Shown here: positions 1 through 12,844 of the stretch, piece after piece
Layout: each line of letters begins with the position of its first letter
Position numbering within the stretch: the stretch's first letter is position 1
Source: Octopus vulgaris
Taxonomy: Eukaryota
DNA: 64,000 nt
Direction: 5' to 3'
Assembly: GCA_951406725.2 (NCBI GenBank)
Contig: OX597828.1
Coordinates: forward strand, 9,362,001-9,426,000
The notes under the pieces: model-generated
Seen by the model: only the letters and a program-made list of their open reading frames with translations
The model's database searches: none
What the model was told of the DNA's origin: nothing
Program-made: the position numbers and the translations under genes

Positions 1-1759
1 TGTGAACTGTTTTCAATTCACACCCAAAATAAAACAAATTAACAGTTTTTACGTAACACACAGCCCAACAGACAAAAGCAAAATTTGTTACCTTGAAGTG
101 CTAACTTAAATGAGATCGCTCTCATTTGTGTTAATATGTTTGTGTTAGCATATCTTTTCTTTTACGCATAATGTTTTGTTTTTTTCTTTTTTCGTTATCT
201 GAAAATCTCGTTCGATCCCGATGCTGGACCCAACCACAGGTATATATTGCAATTGTCCCCTTCTCGAATCTTTTATCCTCACACCAGGACAATACTTACT
301 TGTTGGCAGTGAATATGTTGAGGACGTCAGAAGCGTAGGGCCAACATTCGTGTACAGGTTCGCACATATTGAGTCTGGCGTGTTTTCTTGTATTTTCAAT
401 AGAATAGATTTATTTCGTAAACTTATTTCCTGCGTGGATATCCATATTAAGCTGAAGATCTCATGCTCGTGGTACTGATTAAAATCTGCAGGTCTGTTTT
501 CTTTGCGAATACTGCCGAGACTCTGATTGCTTTAAGGAAAACTTTCCGGTTACTCAAACTAGATCCTTAAGACAGGTCTTCGTGATAAATCCTTTTTTTT
601 TTTTACGATAACATACGTGCAGTAAATATTTTCTCTTAAATGATTAACATACATTGATAATTTCATTTATAATACGAGTGGTTAATTGTTTATTCAATGC
701 CGTACTCAGAAAGTTTTCATTGAATAGAAATTTATTCATTAGTTCAAAAAAAGGAAGAATAGCTAGCGGTAATTGCAAGCAATGCTGAAAGAACTGTAAA
801 ATAATTTTAAGCAATTAAGCAATAATTTCGTAGAAAATTGAATATTTTCATGCCCAGAGCAAAGTATATATTCTGTCGCGAACTACTTTACATATGATAC
901 TATAAGTTCTAATGAGATTTCCGTTTTAGCGAGGCGTTTCCACAATGCTGTGTGGTTCTATTTCAGAGTGCTGTTGTGAGAATTATTTTAGCAGAATAAA
1001 TACAATTGTGTAAAGTAATGTATCATGTACCTTTCTATATCTGATTTCTGTTAGTTTATCATTTATTTTAAGTATAAACTCAAATCAGTTTTAGGAAAGA
1101 TATAGGTTCTAAAATTTATTTTAAATTACGTGAAAATCTATTGCCACCTGTATTCAGTGGTTAGATAGCGAAAGTTTAGCATCATCTTTGTTCTTTGTGT
1201 AGATCCTTAAAAACTTTAAAAAATGAGAAAAAATATGAATCATGGTTCCTCCAGTGTGAAGTAACGCGCTATAAAGTCGACATATTTATCATCAGACCGG
1301 ATATGAAATCGATAGCTTTGAACAAAATGAACGCCACTAAAAGTAGCTGAGAAGTTGGCACTAGTTTTCAACCGAACGTCTTAAGAAATCAACGACCCAC
1401 AAAATGCTTTTGAATTTTATGTTTGAAGAGTAATCGATACAGGAGTCTGCAAAAAGAAAGAAAGAACGCGAAGCAGGAGTTTCGCGGACTTGAAAGTTTA
1501 AAATGTTTAAATAAAGAAAAAAACTATTGTAATAATAATCTGGTAGGAGTTCGGAAACATAGAAATTTGTGATTATTGTGAAGATAACTAAAATTTTGTT
1601 GACTCCGATCAACAAAACTTAAACCGTTAAACAACTGGCAAAAAATACCCAGAGTGAAGTTGCTTGTAAGATGCAAATTATATATGTGTCAGTGTGCGTG
1701 TGTGTGTGGGTGTCTATGTGTGCATGTATCTACAAATATATATATATATATATGTGTAT

Positions 1760-1790
<31 letters not shown>

Positions 1791-1795
<5 letters not shown>

Positions 1796-1975
1796 TTCGC
1801 TCCTTTTTTTCTCTCCTTGTTTCTCTCCTCGTTTTTTCTGTGTCCCTTTCCGTAGAAGAGCGTCGGCTCGAAACGTAAAAGAGTTTTTTCTATTCCTGAA
1901 CGTTATACTAATACACCTGTTTATTTTGTACACTACCTGTCTTCGTCTTTTGTTTTATTTGTGAACTCTCCCTAA

Positions 1976-1977
<2 letters not shown>
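1791..1977 (+). mobile_element. Short non-autonomous Penelope-type (pseudo-LTR-like) repeat inserted in (TA)n, with hammerhead-like motif
   Basis: Flanked on both sides by (TA)n; homologous to 4241-4420 on the opposite strand; contains cttt-CCGTAGAA-gag(cgtcgg)ctc-GAAA-cg-TA-aaag at 1846-1881. Confidence 0.6.
1846..1881 (+). ncRNA. Minimal type I hammerhead-like motif, non-canonical core (CCGUAGAA)
   Basis: Stem I cttt/aaag, stem II gag/ctc, GAAA, palindromic ACGU stem III, putative GUA cleavage triplet. Confidence 0.5.
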
Positions 1978-2033
<56 letters not shown>

Positions 2034-2274
2034 ACAGACAAACACACCCACCCACACATATGAATGCATAAATATATGTATATATGTATATATACATGTA
2101 TATATGGGTATCTGTGTGTGTATGCATGTATGTATGCGTGTGTCTATTTTTGTTTTGTGTCTGTCCATGTGTGTATGTGTGCGTGTGTGTGTATGTCGCG
2201 CATGCTTGTGTGTGTGTATCTATTCGGCAGGCCAAGATGAACGTCAATTTTCTGATTTATAAATAGACATTAGT

Positions 2275-3330
2275 TTCAAACACAATTCAATTTATTCAAT
2301 CAACGATATAATTACTGTTTTTGATCCATTGTTTTCTACCATCATGTAGTCGGATCGGGTGATTTCTGCTCAAATATTTTCGTGCCTTTACAGGCAATGA
2401 ACAGTTCGAAGTAGATGTTTATATCGCCTTCAGAGTTGAAGGTTTAACATTCCAGTGGATTTTGAACAGACCGAAACATGTGGAAATCTGGAAGCGCAAC
2501 TCTGACGAATACGGAGGGTGTGGTAAATCTTCCCAGCCTGGCCCTGGTATTTTCCGCTACGTCTGCAAAAAAAAGGCATTGTCAAGATGAATGATGTTTG
2601 CATTGTCGTGAAAATGAATGCCTCCAGTAATTGCTACTCTTAAGATTAGCAATCACTGGACGTTTCTGGTGGACAACTACGTCTAATTAGGTCTAGCTTA
2701 TCGCAGAATACATCCGAATTGATGCTCATATATGTGGGAGGAAGATGGTATAAGAAACTGCTTCATAATCCCACCAAATTCAGAGTATAACGTCCTTTGT
2801 GTGAAGTCCTGTTTTGGTGGTTATTTGTGGTGGTTCGTTGTGCTTTATCCATGTTCCCTTAGACTCAGACTCTATAGGCAATTCCTTTTCTGTCCCATGT
2901 GACCATCCTTTTTAGATAAGTATGACTTCCCTCATATCCCTGCCACAAATCACAGACAGAAATCCATTGGATGAGGTTTGCCTCCTTCAATTGATTGAGA
3001 AACGAACATGAAGTTGATGTAGATACTACTAAAAATACTATTTAGGTAATTGTACAACATATGCAACCATCCTAATTGTATAACGGGGATTAATGTCAAG
3101 CCACGTCTTCATATGGTTGCAGTGAATTGCATTTGGTCAGCCAGATCCTGGTACGCCTGAAATAGAAATTTTTTCCGTTCAAGACTTTGAAAACCACTTA
3201 CGACACATACGTTTCTGAGCATCATTTTTTCCGTATACAGTGCATATTTTTCAGCGAGCCTCCGCCACGTTTTTGTCTTTCTAAAAATAGAACGCGTGAA
3301 GACAACAATGTTCACTTCGTTTCCCCATTT
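2275..3330 (-). pseudogene. Degraded mariner transposase
   Basis: Minus-strand fragments read by eye: AEAR*KICTVYGKN..KRMCRKWFSK (N-terminal HTH), IIHLDNA, GWEDLPHPPYSSEL (YSPDL-like), DFHMFRSVQN, and C-terminal WIKNSNYIVD*. Confidence 0.8.
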
Positions 3331-3471
3331 GAAAACCACTTGTTTCCTCATTTTTAAGTGTAAAGTGGGAGTGCGCGAAGGACAGTCTGACGTTAGCTTC
3401 TTACTAGGGAGCTTGAAGTTTTATGTCGACACTGGATTCTTCGCATAAATAATTCATTCATACAAATATAC

Positions 3472-3631
<160 letters not shown>

Positions 3632-3649
3632 CAGATGGTGGATGTGATA

Positions 3650-3928
3650 ACAGAGACAGACTTACCTTGCATGGAATACAGAAGTAAGGATCTGTATATT
3701 CCAGGAACTTTAGATTTCGCTTCGCGTATTGAAAAAATACATAAGCACATCATATGTATACGCTATTTCTGAAATATTGACTACAATGCACCGTGTGCGT
3801 TCTTACACTTGTATGCTCCACTAGCGAGTTTAGACAAGTATACTTTAAATAATTGAAGCGAGATCTATAGATCCTGGAATATACACATGATTACTTATGT
3901 ATTCCATGCAAATCAAGCCTGTCTCTGG
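3650..3928. mobile_element. MITE/foldback element with ~75-bp imperfect terminal inverted repeats, probable TA target duplication
   Basis: 3651-3725 (cagagacagactt..ttgcatggaataca..tgtatattccagga..tagatttcgcttc) is the reverse complement of ~3855-3927; TA on both sides. Confidence 0.65.
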
Positions 3929-4188
3929 TATGTTTATCGCTTCCACCATGCGTATTTTTGTAATGAGTAATTTGTGGTTTAGAGCGACAGCACTGTTCAT
4001 AAAAAGTGGTATTTCAATACCGTGAGTATTTTAGTTATATTTTATCTATAAATGTCTAAACATTCCAGCCACTTTATTACTAACGTCATTTTAAGTAATG
4101 TTAGTGATATTTATTTAATTTATACACACACACACATATATATATCTATACATATATATGTATATATGTATATATATACATATATATA

Positions 4189-4240
<52 letters not shown>

Positions 4241-4247
<7 letters not shown>

Positions 4248-4420
4248 GACAAAAAAGAAAGACGAAGACAAGTGGTATAGAAAACAAACAGATCTATTAG
4301 TTTAACGCTCGGGAATTGAAAAAGTCTTTAACGTTTCGAGCCTACACTCTTCCACAGAAAGGAACACAGAAAGAAACACGGAGAGAAAATGTGTGTAGTG
4401 GCTACCGATCTATCATGGCG
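4241..4420 (-). mobile_element. Second copy of the 1791-1977 Penelope-type repeat
   Basis: Reverse complement aligns with 1791-1977 (tctgtgtt/ccctttc..gaagag..ggctcgaaacgt..aaaga..ttttc..attcc..gttaaactaata..tgtcttcgtctt); flanked by (GA)n and (TA)n. Confidence 0.65.
4326..4361 (-). ncRNA. Minimal type I hammerhead-like motif, core CUGUGGAA
   Basis: Minus strand: cttt-CTGTGGAA-gag(tgtagg)ctc-GAAA-cg-TT-aaag. Confidence 0.55.
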
Positions 4421-4424
4421 AATG

Positions 4425-4478
<54 letters not shown>

Positions 4479-4839
4479 TTGTTTGTTTGTGTGTGTGTAT
4501 CTGTGTGTTTAACATGTTCTAAGTCTAAGATTCATTTGACGTGACCGAACGGAGTTATAATCCAGACTTTTATAGAAAGTGAATGAACTATTATGAAACA
4601 AATAATAATTCTTTGAAAATAATGGATATTTTAGAAGAATACAGAAAAGTATTGCTTGGGGTCATGTCTTCCAATATAGTTCTTTTAGTTTCTCAAGAGT
4701 CGGAATCAGATACATACAAAAACAACATCAATTTGTATAGTTTCATAGATAACTATTTGATGCAGAAATTTGAATAACTTTTAATCCAAATAGTATAGCA
4801 GCTGGTATATATTAAATACGTATATACATGTCAGTATAT

Positions 4840-4900
<61 letters not shown>

Positions 4901-5849
4901 GACACACGCACACACACGCATATATATTTAGTTATACATATATTTATTTATATGTGTGTTTGTTGGATTTTCTGAGCCCGAATATTTCAAAATATGTGAA
5001 GTTAAATAAAAGGAATTTATAAATAATTATATTGCACCAGAATCTTTGTATTTTATTTTCAACATACTTTTTTGTGGAATGTCTGTCAAAACAGCCTTCT
5101 AGGAAAATAATTGCAAGTTTATATGTTGTGGCGTTTAGCGATACATAACCGCTCTCTTACATTTAAACAACGAGTAAGATGATGGTTGGTATATTTTGTA
5201 AGATAAAATTAATGTTCTCTAATTTTTATATATTATTTTGATTTTCATGTTATATTACTTTTATTTTATTTTCTACGCTGATGTATTTTATTCTTCGTCA
5301 CAGTCTTTCAAAGAAGCATTTCGCTATTGCGAAATTAGTGCGTTCGATCAATGATATACGCCATTCGTTGCCATGGTTACGAAATCTATTTTCTTTCTGC
5401 TGGGTGTATAAAATAAACATATTTGTTTTTCGCAGACCTCTTTGTTTCAGGGTCACCCGGCCTAACTAAGTCAACCGACCATAAAAACACAAGCTCTTAG
5501 AGACTGACCTCATAAGCATAAAAACTGAGAAGACATAAAAACAACTCTTTTATCTTCTGTCTGCTGTTTTTTTTTTCTATCACAGATTTTTTTAACTGCC
5601 ATTCTCTGCTAGATTTATCTCCCTTACTGTTCAAACAGAAGCTGACAACAAAATACTATAAAAGACTTTCACTCATTGATCTACTAAATTTTGATGATCA
5701 AGGACATTTGCGTATAGATATGTGTTACACACACACACATATATATATATATGTGGGTGGGTGTGTATGTATACATATATATGTACATATACATTTGTTG
5801 GTATATATATTTATAGACATTATACACATTATAAGTATATGTGTACATA

Positions 5850-5910
<61 letters not shown>

Positions 5911-6085
5911 GTGCATATGAACATATATGAGTATTATATATACATATCTACATATGAAGATATAAGCGTATTATATATATATATATGCATATATAATACG
6001 CATACATGTTCATATGTACTCACACATGCATGCCTATATATATGCAGATTTAATATATTACTGTATACGTATGTATGTTTGAAGG

Positions 6086-6158
<73 letters not shown>

Positions 6159-6493
6159 AGGGACAGAGAGAGAGAGAGATGGGAAAAAAGGAGAGTTGCA
6201 GATGCATACACTGTAACCATGGTTATTTAAATAGCGCTTCAAAGTAAAGCTGATATATATTCTGAAAGATTCATCAATCTCATTCTTATATTTAGACAGT
6301 TCATTTCCTTCATCCTATTTTCTTTTTAACCGAGAAAAATTTACCTGGCAGTAATAGTTAATGGTTTCAATTATTTACCAATGAATCACACACACACTGC
6401 TGTATGTGGGAGTGCAATAAATAGAAAAGAAAAAAGAAAGATTCATATGTATATATGCATATATAGGAAAGCATGTAAGTACACAGATATGTA

Positions 6494-6559
<66 letters not shown>

Positions 6560-6583
6560 TGTATATATATATAAAAATATATA

Positions 6584-6616
<33 letters not shown>

Positions 6617-7189
6617 GTATATAAATATATGTGTATATATATATATATATATGTGTATATATATATATACATACACATACATATATATGTATACATATAT
6701 ATATACATATATATATTATATATATATATATATATATACATAAACGTGTTTGTGAGTTACATATTTGCGTTTACGTATACGCCGTCACCCTGCATTTAAG
6801 AAGACCATACATGTATCATCTTACATAGTATATTCGTGTTTATTTCAATTTCGTTTCATTTTCCTCATTGACATTCTGATAGCTTCAATACAATCATTTT
6901 GTACGCGTTTTGAGTACATTCCTAATCACAGATAATTTTTCAGTCCACATTGACAAACACAGAATCGTTCTGCATTTGAAACACAATGATATAATAATAA
7001 CTAAACTTCATTCAGAATCATTTCTAAAACGTCAATAATTGACATGTAATATACAAACATTATACAACTATTTGCTTGTATTCGAGATTCTTGAATGCTT
7101 GTTCCACTTTTTGAAAAGCAATTAGAGATCAAGTTTAGTAGCACCTGAAATTGTTTGACTTCTAAAAGAATGAAGCACATGTGTTTCTT

Positions 7190-7788
7190 ATTTTTTTATT
7201 GCCCACAAGGGGCTAAAAATAGAGGGGACAAACAAGAACAAACAAAGGGATTAAGTCGGTTATATCGACCACAGTGCGTAACTGGTACTTATTTAATCGA
7301 CCCCGAAGTAATGAAAAGCAAAGTCGACCTCGGCGGAATTTGAACTCAGAACGTAGCAGCAGACGAAATAACAGTTTCTTTACTACCTACAAGGGGCTAA
7401 ACACAGAGGGTACAAACAAGGACAGACAAACGGATTAAGTCGAATATTTCGACTCCAGTGCGTAACTGGTATTTAATTTATTGACCCTGAAAGGATGAAA
7501 GACAAAGTCGACCTCAGCGGAATTTGAACTCAGAACGTAAAGACAGACGAAATACCTGTTTCTTTACTACCCACAAGGGGCTAAACGCAGAGGGGACAAA
7601 CAATGACAGACAAACGGATTAAGTCGATTATATCGACACCAGTGTGTAACTGGTACTTATTTAATCGACCCCGAAAGGATGAAAGGCAAAGTCGACCTCG
7701 GCGGAATTTGAACTCAGAACGTAACGACAGACGAAATACCGCTAAGCATTTCAGCAGGCGCGGTAACGTTTCTGCCAGCGCGCCGCCT
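7190..7788 (-). mobile_element. tRNA-derived SINE, family A: one head plus three tandem ~184-bp body units
   Basis: Head ggcggcgcgctggcagaaacgtt...; each unit has a B-box-like gagttcaaattcc and core gcctttcatcctttcggggtcgat(t)aaa..agtaccag; unit marker cccacaagggg at ~7202, ~7386, ~7570. Confidence 0.85.
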
Positions 7789-7884
7789 TAGAATATATGC
7801 CTTTCTATTACATGTGTGTTCTTATGTTGTTTTCTCTGAGTGCATAAATATGTATGCATATTTATATACTCTCTTCTGCTTTAA

Positions 7885-8309
7885 TTACCTAAATTCTTTC
7901 TCTGAGGAGGGAATTGGTTTCTAAAAAATACAAAGATCAAGCGTTGCTATATAGATAATATAAACAATGTAACATTCTAAACTTCAGAAAAGACTTGGAT
8001 AGTTTTATTGCTCCACTTACAGATTGTAATTTTAATGTAAAAGTTAGTGGGATGATTCATTTTCCTGAAAACCTTACCTCATCCAGATTGTCACTAAGGT
8101 ATTTCCCGACAAAACCAAGTGTACCAATTGTTATTGGCATCAACGTGAATTTATAATTTGGATATAGAACCTGTAGGTTTCGAAGCAGTTGGCCATAGTT
8201 ATCCTCACATCAGCAGGATAGTTGGCCATATTTATATTGCCCATATTTTGATGATAATGTTCCAGTAGTATTCTATGTGTTGATGCTTGTGTATGTATTC
8301 ACCATCAGG
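7885..8309 (-). pseudogene. 3' fragment of R4/Dong-like non-LTR retrotransposon (C-terminal restriction-like endonuclease region)
   Basis: Minus-strand translation PDGEYIHKHQHIEYYWNIIIK...EDNYGQLLRNLQVLYPNYKFTLMPITIGTLGFV...LQSVSGAIKLSKSFLKF resembles the P.xIGALG C-terminal motif of RLE-bearing elements. Confidence 0.65.
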
Positions 8310-8410
8310 TGCGTTCTCTATATTTATACTAGGACAGTCCATCTTTTCTGAATGATATCGTAAATATATATATATATATATATATGTATGTATATATATA
8401 TATATGTATG

Positions 8411-8455
<45 letters not shown>

Positions 8456-10199
8456 ATAAATTAGTTTTGGTGCAATGTCATTTTGCTTTGGGAGGTAGTA
8501 CCTACATAGCAAATTTTGTACAGCTGCTTCACATATGTGTGATGTCCTTTAGAGAAATATGCCATAATCTACATTTTCCGCCGCATCATACATCTCCAAG
8601 AGCTTTTTTTGTCTCTTTTGTTTATTGTATATTTTCCTTTTCTTTAATTGAAAATACATAACATTTCGAAGTGTGGTATGATGACCCGCCCACGATAGAA
8701 ATTGAGACTACGTTTCGAATCAATATTACTATCGTCTTCAAATTTACCAGTAACATATTCATACATAGTCTATTTTGTTACGCTGAATAAATCTTTGAGG
8801 TATTAGTCCACCTGCTTTGCAGATTGCATGAAAGGTAATCAAAAGTCGTATTTCATGAGGAGTTCGCTGACGATACGTAGGATACTGTTCCCTTAATTTT
8901 TCAGCACTAAGTAGATTACTTATTTTTGCTGCAAGTGTTTAGCAAGTGTTGTCTGAAAGAAATTGTACAGCATTCGAAGACCCTCTGCACAGATCCCACA
9001 TTCTTAGCCCTCTACCTCATTCATGTCTTCCTATGTAGGGCACTTTATGTAAGATGATAGTTTCGACTCCAATAGATAACTAGCATAATATTTCCGGGTC
9101 AGTAACTCATGTATGTATGCATAAAAGTTTGCATATATGTATGCATGTATATATATAAGAAATTTAGTGGATGCTTATATAATTTTATTTGTATCGCGAT
9201 AAATACATATCAAATAGTGTAATACAAATAAAATGTATAACAATAGCATCAACATAAGAAATACTAAAAAAAGATGCTTACATATTTATCTAGCTACTAT
9301 GTGAACAATCGCTTCGGTGATCACAATGTGAGCCATGTTAGATGTAAAAGTGCCCTACAATGTGTCCGGATTTTATGAGAACGAATTTTCTTACACATTG
9401 GTGGTAAATAACAAGTAAGACTGATGAGGACCGTATGTTCGAATATTCAAACATATGAAACAATAAAGTTTAGGAAAGGTAGAAAGCGGAGGTAGTGGGT
9501 GAAACTATTATTGAAAGAAATCTTACTATATCACTACGATATATTTGAAAATATACTGCTATATGTTTTAAGGGAAGAATGTAGTCATTTAAGTAGAATA
9601 ATGGGAATAAGCATAATTGATTTGGGATATATAATATGAAATATAAAATATTAAGAAATAAATGTTTGTTATAATATTTACAAGTTATAGTTAAGACAGA
9701 AAAATAATTCCATATTGTATAGTAAAATAGTAATTTAGATAGAATTTCGTAGGAAAGTTTATATAATTATTATTAAAATATTTAGCATTTCAATAGACTA
9801 ACAGATGCATTCGATTATTAAGAGAAAAAGTATTAGATATATAAAGATTAAGAGGAATTTAAAGATTTTTGCTACAAATGAAAAGATACGATGTAATTCT
9901 ATAAAACTCTCCACGTATTTCTAAGGTAAATTATGATAACGAGTAATCTCCCTTTGTTCATGTGGCTAGAAGTCACTGAGGAGGAAATTACATCCACATT
10001 TTTGACAATATACATATACATATAACAGATGTTGTTTGTTGTTGTTGTTGTTGAGGATGATGATGATGATGAGAATGGCTCGTTAGATGAGCATGACCAA
10101 CACTGACAGGAGTGTCAGCAACGACCGTGCGAGACCTATTAATTGAGTGCAGCTTGCACATGACAATGTCTCTCACTACCAATAGTCATTTATATATTT

Positions 10200-10560
10200 A
10201 ATAGCACTTTGACCCGGCGTTGCCGGGTCTTAGTGCTAGTGCATGCATATAGCGCTGCGTGCACACATACACGCGAGTACTGTCCAAATCCCCGACCAAT
10301 CAGATACAGCTAGCTGGCATTCAATTGACGTATCAAGTTTCAGGCATTTTGATTGGGTTTTGGATAGAAAATTCACAAAAAATCACTTCTATTGATTTTT
10401 AAATGGCTTTGCGAGGTGACTTGGGAAATGTAAAGATGTGCACGACCACCCTTGGATAGTTTTGAAAGACCATAGATAGTGCGAGCCCTCTAACTGAAAA
10501 ATTGTGGATTTGTATAAAGGACACGCACACAGACATTTTGCCGTTTATATATAGAGAGAT
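10200..10560 (+). mobile_element. Non-autonomous Helentron/DINE-1-like (HINE) element
   Basis: Terminal GC-rich hairpin tagcact-tt-gacccggc-gtt-gccgggtc-tt-agtgcta (10202-10238); other end acagacattttgccgtttatatatagagagat abutting a T-run. Confidence 0.5.
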
Positions 10561-10864
10561 TTCTTTCAGCAATTTCGTATTGACCACCATAGGCTTTGTA
10601 TATATTCATTATGAATATACTTCTCACTGTGTACCTATGCTTTGCTCAATAAGGGATTCCGCTTTTCACTATACTGTATACCCCTAACATGTTCCGTGTA
10701 TATGTAACGTGTAAATATATCATTTTGATCGTGATGAATGAATCTCCTGTTAAACTTCCAAACTGCAAAAAGAAAAAAAAACAGCTTATGCTCAAATATT
10801 TCAACTGCGAATACAGAGTCAAAATATCTATTTCAACGAACTATGAAGTATATATGTAATTATG

Positions 10865-10944
<80 letters not shown>

Positions 10945-10967
10945 TAGATATATATAAATGTGTATAT

Positions 10968-11019
<52 letters not shown>

Positions 11020-11042
11020 ATTTATAGATATATAGGTATATG

Positions 11043-11074
<32 letters not shown>

Positions 11075-11700
11075 TACATACATACTTATATGTATGTATG
11101 TATATATATTTACGTATAGTATCGATAGTAAAATCTGATTATACATTTTGATTGTGTCAGATCAAAGATAGGAATTGAAATATAAGCACACAAAAGATGT
11201 TGCAACTTAAAGTCATTTTATGAAGCTCCTAAAATAATTTATGCCTTCTAAAATAATTAGAAAATTATTTTAACGCTGATACATTTTCCTTCTTAGCAAC
11301 CTGAGTACGATGTATATCTTAACTATATAACTTATAGGGACAATAATATGAACAGAAAGTATAAACAATAGGAAGAGTAATAACGTACACTTTAAATACA
11401 GCAACTGCGTAAAACGTGTGATGTTAACGAGATCATTTAAAACCAATATTTATAGAAAAATCGGAGATATCCCAGGTTTGATGTTAGCCTACTGTTTCTT
11501 TCATGTATACACAAAATATGACCTATGAAAAAGCGCGACTAACATCACCATTTGGTAATGTATTTAATAAAGTGGGGACTTTTGTACCTATTATTTTCCA
11601 AGCAGTCACTGGGATTATAATTTCGAGGAGATCTTTCATTAAGTTATACTCTTGACAAATACAGGAATTGTCTAGTATTTCATATATATATATATATATA

Positions 11701-11877
11701 TCACCGTGATCACCGTGAACGACCAGGCTATCGGATGTTGCTACACATCGCTGGTCACATGTGGAGCTTAGGGTGTTTTCGCTCAATAAATACTTTCAAA
11801 GCCTGGTCTTGGAATCGAAACCATGACCCTGCGACCGGGAGTCCGCTGCCCTGACTACTGGACCATTGCGCCTCCAT
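11701..11877 (-). mobile_element. tRNA-derived SINE, family C (internally deleted)
   Basis: Minus strand head ggaggcgcaatggtccagtagtcagggcagcgg...gtttcgattcc (A/B-box-like); tail ...cacggtgatcacggtga(TA)n shared with the 43283 copy. Confidence 0.75.
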
Positions 11878-12813
11878 AATATATATATATATATATATAT
11901 GAAATACATGATATAAATGATACTTATGTTGTGCGTGTATGCTTGTGAGTTTGAATATGCGTGACATTGGGAGATCATGTGCTCTCATCAAGATTAAAGT
12001 ATCCATGTCTTACACTATTAATGATCATATTTTACCCGATAAAGCAACTGTGTATTGCACAACAGAAAAATATTTCACATTATAATATCGTACTAATCAT
12101 AATTGTAGGTGTAAATACTATATACTAAAGTTTTACAAAGTTGTTTATTATATTTTTCTTTTATCGTATCACTCACTTTAGTTATTCGGCAAGAATCCTA
12201 CTACGACTCAGCGACGAGGTGGCTAGTACTTAATTTATTTGCGCCATCCATTTGTGTAAACATTACATTACGTATTTTGGTACAAAATTTGCTTACATTG
12301 TTTTGTAGAAAAACGTCTTACGTTAAACATCATCATACACACACTCACAAAAGTTGTTTAGATTGTTTTGTAGACAAACGTTTTACTTTAAACATCCATC
12401 ATACACACACTCACACAGGCGCATGCGATACCAATGGGATCAAAGTTCCTTCCGGATCCAAAGGCTCAAAGGGTGGCTTTCCTGGTTTCTATTGCGAATA
12501 TATTCACTCGACTGACATGCGCCAGTCTAAAGCAGGATTATTAACTTTTGGTAGTTGTATGGACAAGAGCGACGGGAAATGAAGTGTTTTACTCACGAAA
12601 ACATCGCACGGCCTTTTCGAGAAGTGGTGATGATAATCTACCCTTCATGGCTTTTGAGGTTCACAACGACGCCAAACGCCTCCACATGTGACCGCACCCT
12701 CGCTATCATACGCATGCGCGCACATATACACATACAAATACACAGACGTATATTTACATGTATGAATATATGCATATATATAAAATTGAAATTTTCTCTA
12801 GCTCTGTGTGTAA

Positions 12814-12844
<31 letters not shown>

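Noticed and set aside
145-478. ORFs 145-399(-) and 221-478(+)
   Set aside because: No recognisable domain; short, with no supporting splice structure.
5684-6828. Many YI/IY/CV/HT-rich ORFs here and throughout the window
   Set aside because: Translations of (TA)n/(TG)n microsatellites that lack stop codons.
7190-7788. Tandem ~184-bp units as a CRISPR array or retrozyme
   Set aside because: Eukaryotic SINE bodies with no unique spacers; no hammerhead core plus stems found in the unit.
11820-11877. tRNA gene
   Set aside because: tRNA-like head continues into a SINE body shared by several loci; no complete cloverleaf seen.
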